Positions 1-9,051 of a DNA stretch of 26,545 bases are shown here, in pieces. The position numbers and the translations under genes were made by a program. Source of the stretch: a virus (Duplodnaviria; Caudoviricetes); the IMG/VR virus record IMGVR_UViG_3300037657_000297, positions 1 through 26,545 of that record. The stretch is one strand, 5' to 3'. Within the stretch, counting starts at the first letter, position 1, and every line of letters starts with the position of its first letter. The notes under the pieces were generated by a model, which was not told where the DNA came from, searched no databases, and saw only the letters and a list, made by a program, of their open reading frames with translations.

Positions 1-276
1 GGTATATACGACCCCGGCGGGCAGCGCGAGACATAGATTTTCGAACGTCGTCTCGAGACACGTGAATTCCGCCATACCCTTCACGCCCATGTGAATCTGG
101 TCAAGCGGCACTTCTCCGGTCTGGATCGATTTCTGTTCTCTCCATTGCGGCGTGGCGGTCAGTTTGGCTTTTTCTCTGATATAGCCTACATTTCTGTACC
201 CGTCGCCGTCGTCGACGAAAATTTTACAGGCCCCTTGAGTGATATTGTCCCTGTTTCCGAATTCATCTGCTGGCAT
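1..276 (-). CDS. Putative tail tube (major tail) protein, runs off the window edge
   Basis: Not in ORF track. ATG at 276 with AAGGAG SD; open to position 1: MPADEFGNRDNITQGACKIFVDDGDGYRNVGY...QTGEVPLDQIHMG...LETTFENLCLALP. Pattern resembles siphovirus tube proteins; follows the head-completion genes. Confidence 0.6.
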   Translation of the reverse strand, partial: MPADEFGNRDNITQGACKIFVDDGDGYRNVGYIREKAKLTATPQWREQKSIQTGEVPLDQIHMGVKGMAEFTCLETTFENLCLALPAGVVYT

Positions 277-296
277 TTTCTATTCTCCTTGACGGT

Positions 297-608
297 TTAT
301 CCGTCGATTTTGTATGACAACACTTTCTGCGCCGAGAGACGTTTCACCGCGAGTGTTTCGTCCGCGGTGAGTTCCGCCGTCCGGGGCTTTTCCTGCCATC
401 CGAGCATCCGGCCGTATTTCGCGTCCAGCCCGTTTGCCGCGAGATTCACGATGTAAGGACGTTTCGCCCGGATCGTTACCTTTTTGGTTTTCGCCCCGCC
501 CGCGCCGGGCTTGTTCCGGTCTACGAGCGGCTTGTCTGGAACGGAGCCGATGGAAGCCGAAGCATCCGCCGGGACGGGGGTTTTGTTCTTGTCTTTCATT
601 TCGAGCAT
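297..608 (-). CDS. Hypothetical protein (tail region)
   Basis: 103 aa ORF, GAGGAGG SD, co-oriented in the late operon. Confidence 0.6.
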   Translation of the reverse strand: MLEMKDKNKTPVPADASASIGSVPDKPLVDRNKPGAGGAKTKKVTIRAKRPYIVNLAANGLDAKYGRMLGWQEKPRTAELTADETLAVKRLSAQKVLSYKIDG

Positions 609-628
609 CTATTCCTCCTCTTTTTTTT

Positions 629-1138
629 CTACTCGGTAATTTTCGGTTCGAGAGCTTCCAGTTCCGCGCGGGTGAGATAGACCTTCCACACGCATGTCAC
701 CGTGATCTGCACCCCGTACACTTCACGCACCGTCGAATCGATCTCGCTGTACCGCGCCGCGCCCTGTTCGATCCATACCCTAGTTCCATCCGGACACCCG
801 CCGAGCCAGAGCGTGCGGGGAATCGCTTTTCGAAAAGCGTCTTCCCAGTCCCCGGCGGCATCTTCCGTTTCCGCAGCGAAAATAATCGAAAGCGGCAATC
901 GAATCCTGCACTTTTCGTAGAGTTCCTGAGGCCCTTGTCCGGCCGCCGAGGGCGGGGCATGCATATCCCGCTCCCATTTGTCCGTGATCTCCGCATCGGG
1001 CGCGAGAATCATCGCATACGGCGGCACCATCCCGCCGATCTCCTCGCGCAGGTCGAACACGAATTGCGATTCAGGTATACCTGAAATCGGCGCGAGAACG
1101 CTCCTAAAATACTCCTTCAATTTCAATTTTATTCCCAT
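629..1138 (-). CDS. Putative tail completion/terminator protein
   Basis: 169 aa, AGGAG SD; lies between the gpG-like gene and the tube gene. Function inferred from position. Confidence 0.5.
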   Translation of the reverse strand: MGIKLKLKEYFRSVLAPISGIPESQFVFDLREEIGGMVPPYAMILAPDAEITDKWERDMHAPPSAAGQGPQELYEKCRIRLPLSIIFAAETEDAAGDWEDAFRKAIPRTLWLGGCPDGTRVWIEQGAARYSEIDSTVREVYGVQITVTCVWKVYLTRAELEALEPKITE

Positions 1139-1154
1139 TTTATACTCCTAATTC

Positions 1155-1214
1155 CGGTTCGACAGGCTCACCGTGACAATAAAATTTTGTCACCCTGAGC
1201 TACGTCGAAGGGTG
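1155..1214. repeat. Inverted pair of REP-like tandem-GA palindromes (family G)
   Basis: CGGTTCGACAGGCTCACCGTGAC ... GTCACCCTGAGCTACGTCGAAGGGTG in inverted orientation; same arrangement at 2322-2373. Confidence 0.75.
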
Positions 1215-1718
1215 TTACGGCTTAAACGCCTCCCTTATCCACCTTTCCACTTCGCTCGCGATAATCTTCTCTTCCTCTTTCCCCACGCCGAGAAACTCGC
1301 GCGCCGGGATATTCCTGTCCGGCCATCCGAAATTTTGTACCGCCGCGTACGGTACCTCCGCCCCGCCCGCCGCTATCCATGCCGTCATCGCGTCCGCCCC
1401 ATGTTCGACCGAGTCGCGCAAACCGCCGCTCCAGATCAGCAAATTCTCCGTTCCCTTAGCGGCGAGCTTCCGGGTTTTATAGCCGGGAAAAATCACTTTC
1501 CCGTCTTTTTCGAACGGCTTATCGCTTAATCCCGGCCACTTCGACCCGTCCGGCGCGGTCTTGGTAAACGTGAACCGTTCCGCGACAGCTTCGTTCGCGA
1601 TACGCCCGGCGATTTTCTCCAAAACCACCTGCTGATCAGTGATGAGTTTTCGCCCGGTCTCGCTGATCCACGCTTTCAATTCGTCAAATCCCGTGATTTG
1701 AACCGCGACGTTCGTCAT
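1215..1718 (-). CDS. Phage virion morphogenesis protein (Mu gpG / tail S family)
   Basis: Motifs RF..TAPDGSKW, LIWSGGLRDS, PYAAVQNFG, NIPAREFLG. Confidence 0.88.
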   Translation of the reverse strand: MTNVAVQITGFDELKAWISETGRKLITDQQVVLEKIAGRIANEAVAERFTFTKTAPDGSKWPGLSDKPFEKDGKVIFPGYKTRKLAAKGTENLLIWSGGLRDSVEHGADAMTAWIAAGGAEVPYAAVQNFGWPDRNIPAREFLGVGKEEEKIIASEVERWIREAFKP

Positions 1719-1721
1719 CGT

Positions 1722-2162
1722 TTACCACCCGTTCCAGAAAGTATCGTCGAATATTTTTGCGGGCGCGGATACAGTTGCTCCCGTGGACGGCGTACTCACG
1801 CCTTCGTCGTTCGGTATCCCGATATCCGCCTTTCCGGCTTGTATATCCCGGAGATACCTGACCGCGTCTTCATATTTTACCCGCAGGTTTTCTTCCGGCG
1901 TTCCTTCGCGGATTCCCTTCCTCGACGCGAGAAAATAAAGCGCGAGATCAACCGCGAGCGACTTCACGATACCGGGGACGTTCGCCAGCGGTAACGCGTA
2001 TTTTCCGCGCAGGTATCCGTCGGTGACGTCGCACGCCTTGGTGATCGCCGCGTCAATCCGGGCGTCGATGATCAGTTCGGTATCGTCCGCCGCGTCTTTT
2101 GCGAACGCTGTCACAGCCCGATCAGAAAGCCCGTTAATTAAATCTTGTTTCTCGCAATACAA
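1722..2162 (-). CDS. Mu gp36-like head-tail connector (DUF1320)
   Basis: TTG start with GGAGG SD; MYC..DL, DGYLRGKYALPL, DLALYFL, YEDAVRYLRDIQAGK. Confidence 0.88.
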   Translation of the reverse strand: MYCEKQDLINGLSDRAVTAFAKDAADDTELIIDARIDAAITKACDVTDGYLRGKYALPLANVPGIVKSLAVDLALYFLASRKGIREGTPEENLRVKYEDAVRYLRDIQAGKADIGIPNDEGVSTPSTGATVSAPAKIFDDTFWNGW

Positions 2163-2171
2163 CTTTTACCT

Positions 2172-2228
2172 CCGACCCCCATGGATGGGGGGAGTCCCGA
2201 TCGACGACATGGATGTCGAAGTCGGCCG
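2172..2228 (+). repeat. Double ANGGA-hairpin repeat (family A), type copy
   Basis: CCGAC-CCCCA TGGA TGGGG...CGACA TGGA TGTCG-AAGTCGG. Related copies: 3345-3419, 6800-6826 (half), 7072-7126, 8330-8379, 11326-11382, 12354-12410 (-), 13428-13478, 16469-16522 (-), 16964-17018, 17898-17979, 23289-23344, ~25110-25183 (degenerate). Confidence 0.9.
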
Positions 2229-2321
2229 TCGGTCGCCGAGTTCCGCGATGCGGATTATCGAGGCGCCGTATTCGCCGCCGGGAGAGTCGAACACCCGATA
2301 TACACCGGTGCGGCTTATATT

Positions 2322-2373
2322 CGCTTCGACAAGCTCAGCGTGACTTTAAGTCATTCCGAGCCTGTCGAGGAAT
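2322..2373. repeat. Inverted pair of REP-like palindromes (family G) downstream of the major capsid gene
   Basis: CGCTTCGACAAGCTCAGCGTGAC-TTTAA-GTCATTCCGAGCCTGTCGAGGAAT. Confidence 0.75.
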
Positions 2374-2382
2374 ATTTTATTA

Positions 2383-3327
2383 CTAAGCTATCGCGTCGTA
2401 GACCAGATACCCGGCGATATTTCCCAACATCACGCTGCCGATACAGTCCGATACCTGGACGATTTCGGATACGGCGCGTTCGTCGCGGTAAACCTCCGCT
2501 TTCGGATACCCCGTTCTGCGGGCGGTAAGTCCGAACGACGCGTCGTTCAGGCTGATAGGGTTGTCCGGCACATAGGCGAGGATAGCGGTTTTTGTCCAGA
2601 CCGACGAAAAACTCCCGCTTTTTCCGGCGGCATAAACCGACTTCCCGATTACGATCTTGGGAATTTCCAGAATCTCCGCAAGGAGCGGAACCGTGAGGGT
2701 CTGCACCTTGGAGACCGGAACCTGCGCGAGAAGGTCGGGATGTCGTTTCAGTTTCATCCAAACGTCGTAGGCCAGATGGAGCGTATTCGGTTCCTGCCCG
2801 ATCAGGGCGCGGACAGCCGCTTTCGCCGTGTCGATATCCCCGATAGGATCGCCGTCAACATAATCGCTCCAGTACTTGTATCCCGCCGCTCCGGTGAGCT
2901 GTTTTTTACTGCCGCTAGGGTAGTTCGCCGCCGTCTGCGCGAGAGCCGCCTGCGCGATCTCGAATTCGAGACCGATCCGGCTCATCAGTTCGGCGGTGCG
3001 GGCGGATTGGAGCAGGGTTTTCTGCTTGATTGCCGCGGCGCTCTCCTCCCATTCGCTGTCGTCCACGGGATATTCCAGCGTCCGCTCGGTCAGTACCAGA
3101 TCGACGCTGTCCGAACCGCGGGTGACGCGCTGGGCGTTCGCTCCCGGAGCGCGTTCGCTGTTGCTCGGGATAAACGCCGATTTGTCGAACTTGACCACCT
3201 TTGTGGTGCGCGCGGGGGCCTCGACCACGGGGAATAGGCTGAATCCCGTATTTGACGGAAACTTATAGTCGAACGCGACCCCGGTCAATACAGGATCGGA
3301 GACTCTCATCTTGGATAAAATACCCAT
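2383..3327 (-). CDS. Major capsid protein
   Basis: Start moved to ATG 3327 (AAGGAGG SD), 314 aa: DPVLTGVA, LFPVV, RAPGA, WSDY..GDPIGDI, PNTL, LKRHP, FGLT. Follows protease and cement genes. Confidence 0.85.
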   Translation of the reverse strand: MGILSKMRVSDPVLTGVAFDYKFPSNTGFSLFPVVEAPARTTKVVKFDKSAFIPSNSERAPGANAQRVTRGSDSVDLVLTERTLEYPVDDSEWEESAAAIKQKTLLQSARTAELMSRIGLEFEIAQAALAQTAANYPSGSKKQLTGAAGYKYWSDYVDGDPIGDIDTAKAAVRALIGQEPNTLHLAYDVWMKLKRHPDLLAQVPVSKVQTLTVPLLAEILEIPKIVIGKSVYAAGKSGSFSSVWTKTAILAYVPDNPISLNDASFGLTARRTGYPKAEVYRDERAVSEIVQVSDCIGSVMLGNIAGYLVYDAIA

Positions 3328-3431
3328 ATTATCATCCTCCTTTTGACTCACAGGATGTGAGAAATCCCGCAACCCCGCGCTACAAAAATTATTCTTGAAA
3401 GCGCGGGAAAGAGCGGGACAAACGACATATT

Positions 3432-4058
3432 TTACGCGGTGGTGTCGAGCGACCACACGGTCAGGAATACCTTCTTACTTGCTAATGCGGCCCGCGCGTC
3501 GGTGTTCGTGTTCTTGGTGTAGACCGTGATCTTTCCGGCGTCGGGGATCACATCCGACAGTACGAGATTCGCCCCCGGATCTTCCGCGAGCGTTACCTGC
3601 ACATGCCCGTCAGCGGTCATTCCAGTGATCGCGATTTCTCCCGACGCATCGGTCGTCTCGATACTATACGAAACGATAGGGTGATACAGCGTATCGAGCA
3701 GCGCGGTCATGAGCGCCTGCGTCATCGGGCTTTTTCCCGCGCAGAATACGCGGATAATCGATCCGCCGGTTCCTGCCGATAACGCCATAAACGTCCCGAA
3801 CGTATTGTCCAATACGGCCTTCCCGTCCGCATCAGGCTTAACGAAATTCCCGGCGGCGATGGTTTCGCCCGACGCGACTTCAACCTCGGCTATACCCAAT
3901 ACGATCACCGGCATCGAAACACCGGCTTCGCCGCCGTCCTGCGTGATCCCGTAATCTTTCCCAACTCCCACAGTGCCGTCCACTCCCACAAAACGGTTCT
4001 CCGCTACGTCGCTGACGCCGCAGGCTACCGTGTCCGTTAAAATGTTATTGAAACTCAT
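3432..4058 (-). CDS. Capsid cement/decoration protein (DUF2190-like N-terminus) with C-terminal extension
   Basis: NRFVG, VIVLGIAEVE, IAAG.FVKPDADGKAV; between scaffold and capsid genes; GGAGG SD. Confidence 0.7.
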   Translation of the reverse strand: MSFNNILTDTVACGVSDVAENRFVGVDGTVGVGKDYGITQDGGEAGVSMPVIVLGIAEVEVASGETIAAGNFVKPDADGKAVLDNTFGTFMALSAGTGGSIIRVFCAGKSPMTQALMTALLDTLYHPIVSYSIETTDASGEIAITGMTADGHVQVTLAEDPGANLVLSDVIPDAGKITVYTKNTNTDARAALASKKVFLTVWSLDTTA

Positions 4059-4068
4059 TCTTTCCTCC

Positions 4069-4590
4069 TTACTTCAGAACGTTTGAAAGCGCGTCGGTAT
4101 ATGACATGCCGGGACGTGATTCCTGATACTGCTTCACCTTTTCATGGATATCTGCCTTGTCGGGATCGACGCCCTCGGAATATATCCCCGCGGCGTTCCC
4201 CTCCGGAGCGCGGTCTTTCCCGTACTTCGCCTTCCCGTCGGGCGCGACTCCGGGTTTCGCGGTTTCGGCGAACCCGAGAAAATAATCGAGCCCCGATTTC
4301 TTCCCTTCGCTGAACGCCAGTGTTTCCGACTCGTCAAGCGTCATCGCGAACGAGACAAATTTGTCTTTTTCTTTCGCGTCGAGCCGCCCGCCTACGATCA
4401 TCTTCTCGGCCGCCCCGGTAATCTTCGCGCGCTTCGCGTCCGCGATAGCTTTCTTCTCGGATTCTGCATACTCGGAAATCTTTTTATCCTTTTCCGCGTT
4501 TGCCGTTTGCGATTCGGCGTACTTAGCTTTTAGGTCGGCGTTTTCCTTGTCCGCCGCAGCCAGCTTTTCAGCCAGTTCTTTTTCGTTCAT
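4069..4590 (-). CDS. Probable internally initiated scaffold protein (Mu Z-like), in frame with the protease
   Basis: AAGGAGG SD upstream of in-frame ATG 4590 (MNEKELAEKL...); same arrangement as Mu I/Z. Confidence 0.65.
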   Translation of the reverse strand: MNEKELAEKLAAADKENADLKAKYAESQTANAEKDKKISEYAESEKKAIADAKRAKITGAAEKMIVGGRLDAKEKDKFVSFAMTLDESETLAFSEGKKSGLDYFLGFAETAKPGVAPDGKAKYGKDRAPEGNAAGIYSEGVDPDKADIHEKVKQYQESRPGMSYTDALSNVLK

Positions 4591-5235
4591 GGATGTATCC
4601 TCCTTTACTTTATCTTCCGAATAGGGGAGCGTCTTTTCAGGCTCCCTCATCAACTCCTCGATCTCCCAGTTCCCGATCATTTTATCCGCCGCTTCCACCC
4701 CCTCCTTTTCGATCAGGTAATCCTTGAGCGCGCGGAACAACCGTCCGGCCGTCCTGAACTTCCATCCCTCGTCGTCGGAAAACTCGAACGTCTGCGCGTC
4801 CTGTCCGGCGAACTCGGCGGAGAGCTTGCGTTCGCTGAATGCCGGATCGGCGAGACCTTTTACCGCGGGAGCCGCGCCTCCGAGAAATCCGATATGCTTG
4901 AGCGCGAATTTTCCTGGATGCGGGTTGACCGGGTTGTCAGGGCTATAAAGCGAGACGCTCCGTTTTTTATAACGACCTTTCTTGACCGCTTCGTCGAATG
5001 CGGGGGACACGTCTTTCAGTTTCGCCATCAGCACATCGCCGTCGCGCCTGAGTTCTTCCGCCCATCCCCACGCCGGGTCGTCCGTCTTCGGGTGCCCGAT
5101 CACGACCGGAGCCTCGTGCGTTTTTGCGTCGTAGGTCTCGACTATCTCGTCCAGTTCCTTCGTCGTGAATTCCTCGGTATGCCCGGACATGTCCGTCTGC
5201 TTACCCGCCCGGAATATCTCGATCCATCCTTTCAT
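4069..5235 (-). CDS. Mu-like prohead protease I with C-terminal scaffold
   Basis: WIEIFRAG, APVVIGHP, PAWGW, GRYKKRSVS, LKHIGFLGGAAPAVKGL, then a charged coiled-coil. Confidence 0.88.
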   Translation of the reverse strand: MKGWIEIFRAGKQTDMSGHTEEFTTKELDEIVETYDAKTHEAPVVIGHPKTDDPAWGWAEELRRDGDVLMAKLKDVSPAFDEAVKKGRYKKRSVSLYSPDNPVNPHPGKFALKHIGFLGGAAPAVKGLADPAFSERKLSAEFAGQDAQTFEFSDDEGWKFRTAGRLFRALKDYLIEKEGVEAADKMIGNWEIEELMREPEKTLPYSEDKVKEDTSMNEKELAEKLAAADKENADLKAKYAESQTANAEKDKKISEYAESEKKAIADAKRAKITGAAEKMIVGGRLDAKEKDKFVSFAMTLDESETLAFSEGKKSGLDYFLGFAETAKPGVAPDGKAKYGKDRAPEGNAAGIYSEGVDPDKADIHEKVKQYQESRPGMSYTDALSNVLK

Positions 5236-5310
5236 TTATAAAACCTCCCCGGACGTCGAGTTCCCGATGAGGGAATATCGAGGTGTCCTGTAATATTTTC
5301 TCCAAATCCC

Positions 5311-5339
5311 TTGACTTTCACGCCGTTTCATGCGATACT
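5311..5339 (+). promoter_or_regulatory. Sigma70-type promoter, antisense to the late operon
   Basis: TTGACT-N17-GATACT with TGn extended -10. Confidence 0.6.
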
Positions 5340-5345
5340 ATTATT

Positions 5346-5448
5346 GACAGAGGAAAACAATTACTTGTCTTCGTTTTCCCGCGATAGTCCCTCATGGCGA
5401 GGGGGACGGACCATAACGCCTTGCATTCCGCGAGGCGTTATTTTTTTT
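5346..5448 (+). ncRNA. Candidate ~100 nt small RNA convergent with the portal-MuF gene
   Basis: Bounded by the promoter above and an intrinsic terminator; possible pseudoknot plus hairpin; no credible ORF. Confidence 0.55.
5413..5448 (+). terminator. Rho-independent terminator
   Basis: ATAACGCCTTGC-ATTCC-GCGAGGCGTTAT followed by a T run; overlaps the stop codon of the minus-strand gene. Confidence 0.7.
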
Positions 5449-8314
5449 GCCTCACCATTATTCCGGGTGTTTCTTTAGCCCGGAAACTGAACGTCCATCC
5501 TGAATAACCCGGATACTCGCGCGTACTGTTTATCACAACGTTCCAGTATCCTCCTTCTTCGACTTTTAGGATGTAACCCTTTCCGAGTTTGACCATTCCG
5601 CTTTTTTTCTTTATTCCGGGAGCTTCCTGCAGGCTGATAACCACCGCGTCAGGGTTTTTCAACGCTTGCTCGAACAGATTGAGATATTTCAACCTCGCGA
5701 GGTTCTTCAGATACTGCGCGGGCTTATCGACCGGAATCACGTGGTCGATCAGCCGGTCGGTATCAATATAAATCGTGTTCCCGAACTTGTCCGTAATCTT
5801 ACCGTCCGGGATTATTTCTTTCAGGTATGCCTTCGCCTTCGCGGAAACATCCTCCGGTTTCCCTTTAACATCAAAACCCGCTTTTTTTTCAAGGACGTCT
5901 TTCAGTTCTGTTTTCAAATCGACTTTTTCGTCGATCAGGTTTTTCCATCCCGAGGTATCCTTATTCTGCTTGATCTCCAGCCATTTCCCGAAATCCTTCC
6001 CGGCGTTATTTTCGAACCCTTCCGGAGTCTTCAGAAGCAGTTTTCCCGAAGTATCGAAATTATTCAGCTTCGGCGCGACGAGTGTCTCGAAATCCGGGTT
6101 GTACGAATTATTAGCGACAACCTCCTTCATATCCGGCGCGCCCTGCGGAAGTTTTTCTGGGTCGATTCCTTTGTTCTTCAGGTATTCCGGTGAAAGACTC
6201 CGCACTGTGCACCGGCACCCGAACGCGTCCTTTGGGGTATGTTCGTCCCAGAACGGGTCGTCGTAACGGCGGATCATCCCATGCATCGCCGCGTGCTCCG
6301 GGCGCGTCCCTTTATCCATCGTAGCAATTCTCTGCCAATAGGGGGCGATATCGACGTCTTTTCGGAGCTGCGCCATTTTCCCGGCCATCTGCGCAGAACG
6401 CATATTTTCCCAGTAAACCTGCTTGAGCCGCGCTTCCGGCAAAACGCCTTTTTCCATCCATCCCGACACCCATTCTTTATAAGGGATATTCCCTTCTTTC
6501 GCGTCTATCAGGGATTTCAATAAATCCGCAATCGTCTCTTCCTTCAGGTCGCCGGTTACCGTAAACGCGAAGTTCCGGTACTTTTCGCCGAGCGCGAGAA
6601 AATCCGCTTTCGGCATCGGAACCTTCATCTTCAGGAAATCGACCGCCGTCTGAGGGGGTATTTTACCCTTCATATCCGCGAGCGAGACGACCTCTTGGCT
6701 GGCGTAGTTTTGCGCATCATTCCATCGCGCCTGCCCTGAGCGAAGCCGAAGGGCCCAAATCCGCCCTAAAATATCGCCTGCAAGTAGCGCGTTCCCGAAC
6801 GACACGGATGTCGAAGAGTCGGCCGGTTCTGCATCGACCGCAATATCGAGCGAATCCGCTATCCGTTGCATCGCCTCGTCATATTCCGAAGCGCCTTCAA
6901 GTGCGGCGTGAATTGCGTTTACAAACGGCTCGAATAGTTTGCCCTTCTTCGTTTCACCTTCAATCGCGGCATCGAACGCTTTGTCTTCCGCTTCAACAGT
7001 CGCGATTTCAATATCCGTTAGTACTATCACCTTGACATCATCCCGAACTAGTCGAGGGATGTTTTTTTTTTCGACCCCCACGGATGGGGGAAGTCCCGCG
7101 GGGGCATGGACGCCGGAGAGCGGGACATCCTTCTCTGCGAACGGAAGTTCCGGCGTAGTTTCTTCCTTGATGGCGAAATCGTCGCCTTCCTTCATCCGGT
7201 ACTTATCCGCAAGGTATTTCGGAGTAGGCCGCCATCCGATATTATAGAGGAGAGCGTCGCGCTGGGCGCGGTCGGCGGCTACATCCTCTTCCTCGAAATA
7301 CTTTAACGATGGAAATTTTTCGACGTTATAATTCAGGTTCACGAGGCTTCTTGCGAGACGATTGAATGTATTTGCAACCATCTTTTTATCACCCTCGACT
7401 ATTTCCCCGCGAACTTGGAAGTGTACCGTGCCCAGAGCCTGCGAGCCGACATTACCCTGCTCGGTCGTGAGCGTCTGTCCGAGTATCGCTTTCGAGACCT
7501 CGGCATTACTCCACCCGACCATTTGGCTGAACGCGAGAGAGGAACCCGCTTTATTCACATCCACCGTCATCAGCTGATCGCCGGGTTGCCCCTGAAACAC
7601 ACCGGTCGCATCCTCGACCATCCGGTCGAGCATATCGAGCATTTTATCGATCTTTTCCTGATTCTGCTCCTGTGTCATAATGTACATCAATGCGCCGCCG
7701 TACTTCTCGAGGAAGTTCATCCAGAATTTGACGCCGCCTTTCTTGAACGAGACCGGCCAAAACACGCGCGCGAGTTTCCGTTCGCCGTAAGGGTTCCTGT
7801 AGGTAGCCCGGTGACGGACGAGTTCGATCCTATCCATCTCGACCAATTCACCGTCAATGCCTTTTCCCTTCGAAAGAAACCGTAATTGATTCTGGTTGTC
7901 GAACACAAACCATTCGGGCGGTCGTCCTTCTATAGCAGAGTAATAAATCCGGTTGCCGTCGGTGGTGGTAACCTTTTCCAGAACGCTCAACCCGTAATAG
8001 ACGGCTTCGAGTATTTCGCGGGTCAGGGTTTCGGTATCGATATTCGCGAATACGTCCTTCACGAAATCGAGCGCGCGTTTGTCTTCTCGGCGCGAACTGT
8101 CAACCTGCCAATCCCATTCGCACGAAAGCACGCCCGCCTCGCGGCTGGTCATACAGCTATCGACATGCGCGTCGAACGTCAATTGACGGTAGATCGAAAC
8201 ATCATACCCCTTCGCCTGAAGAACGCTATCCGGGTCGGGCAGACGGGTCAAATATCCCGCCATTTCCTGCCATGACCGCTCGCGTGTGTAAATAGAACCC
8301 ATATTTTTTGCCAT
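5438..8314 (-). CDS. Portal (Mu gp29/DUF935) - MuF head morphogenesis - putative PBECR-type nuclease fusion
   Basis: N-terminal ~400 aa: DAHVDSC..R, YYGLSVLE, FLEKYG, ISK-like VSKAILGQTLTT..GSQALGTVH. Middle: AFTVTG, PYWQ..ATMD..TRPEH, DDPFW..FGCRCTV. C-terminal: H...RLKYL..LKNPD...GY...GWTF. Start ATG 8314 (8302 alternative). Confidence 0.85.
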   Translation of the reverse strand: MAKNMGSIYTRERSWQEMAGYLTRLPDPDSVLQAKGYDVSIYRQLTFDAHVDSCMTSREAGVLSCEWDWQVDSSRREDKRALDFVKDVFANIDTETLTREILEAVYYGLSVLEKVTTTDGNRIYYSAIEGRPPEWFVFDNQNQLRFLSKGKGIDGELVEMDRIELVRHRATYRNPYGERKLARVFWPVSFKKGGVKFWMNFLEKYGGALMYIMTQEQNQEKIDKMLDMLDRMVEDATGVFQGQPGDQLMTVDVNKAGSSLAFSQMVGWSNAEVSKAILGQTLTTEQGNVGSQALGTVHFQVRGEIVEGDKKMVANTFNRLARSLVNLNYNVEKFPSLKYFEEEDVAADRAQRDALLYNIGWRPTPKYLADKYRMKEGDDFAIKEETTPELPFAEKDVPLSGVHAPAGLPPSVGVEKKNIPRLVRDDVKVIVLTDIEIATVEAEDKAFDAAIEGETKKGKLFEPFVNAIHAALEGASEYDEAMQRIADSLDIAVDAEPADSSTSVSFGNALLAGDILGRIWALRLRSGQARWNDAQNYASQEVVSLADMKGKIPPQTAVDFLKMKVPMPKADFLALGEKYRNFAFTVTGDLKEETIADLLKSLIDAKEGNIPYKEWVSGWMEKGVLPEARLKQVYWENMRSAQMAGKMAQLRKDVDIAPYWQRIATMDKGTRPEHAAMHGMIRRYDDPFWDEHTPKDAFGCRCTVRSLSPEYLKNKGIDPEKLPQGAPDMKEVVANNSYNPDFETLVAPKLNNFDTSGKLLLKTPEGFENNAGKDFGKWLEIKQNKDTSGWKNLIDEKVDLKTELKDVLEKKAGFDVKGKPEDVSAKAKAYLKEIIPDGKITDKFGNTIYIDTDRLIDHVIPVDKPAQYLKNLARLKYLNLFEQALKNPDAVVISLQEAPGIKKKSGMVKLGKGYILKVEEGGYWNVVINSTREYPGYSGWTFSFRAKETPGIMVRQKK

Positions 8315-8544
8315 TTTTACCCCGTTTTTGACTCCCACAAGGGGAGAAATTCCGCGATTCCACGGATGGAAAGGAGCGGAACACCATATTTTTTAAGTTT
8401 TTCCTTCAATATCTTATATTTCTATATCCGGTAAACACTTGAAGCACTCTTTAATAGCCTATAACACCGTTTATTATTACAACCCCTGTATAGAGTTATA
8501 TTATCATGTTTTCCTAATATCATTCAACGTCGTTCGATTCGGAA

Positions 8545-9051
8545 TTACTTTTTCATTTTCGTACTTCTTGCCGTGTCGAGGTTCAGAAAATACATAATTT
8601 CGTCAACATTCTTCGTTAATTCTTTACTTGATATTACTTTATCAAGTCTATTATTTTCATTGTATAAAACAGTGCATATTTCTGTTCTTTTATTGCAGGA
8701 AACAAAACCTTTTTCTACACCCTTTAGATATCCAGCGGAATATGCAGTCCAGTAATTTAGTTGATTGATTGCGTTTCTTGTTCTTTTCACGAAAAGAAGA
8801 AATTCCTTTGCGAACTCCCTGTTTGAAAGCCCTATCAGTTTAATTAAACCAAACTCATTGATTGTAAGCCGTATTTTTTCCCCGTCATTTATTGTTTTTA
8901 AATCTCCCCTTGCTACCTGTGTATTCATAACATGGATTGGATTATCAAATCCAAGTAAATAGCACACTTTCCCTGTATCCCAATAGGCTTCATACCCGTC
9001 GGAAAAAAGATCGATACGGATGCTTTCGATTTCTATAACATATTTTTTCAT
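8545..9051 (-). CDS. BRO-N-like domain protein
   Basis: VCYLLGFDNP, INEFGLIKLI.LS.R..AKEF match BRO-N; visibly AT-rich; ATGA overlap with the terminase gene. Confidence 0.65.
   Translation of the reverse strand: MKKYVIEIESIRIDLFSDGYEAYWDTGKVCYLLGFDNPIHVMNTQVARGDLKTINDGEKIRLTINEFGLIKLIGLSNREFAKEFLLFVKRTRNAINQLNYWTAYSAGYLKGVEKGFVSCNKRTEICTVLYNENNRLDKVISSKELTKNVDEIMYFLNLDTARSTKMKK

Noticed and set aside
2377-2385. Triple stop TAG TAA TAA after the capsid gene as a sign of recoding
   Set aside because: All three stop codons terminate genes normally elsewhere; tandem stops are common after highly expressed genes.
4588-4595. CATGGATG at the scaffold start as a family A copy
   Set aside because: No flanking stem or second hairpin.
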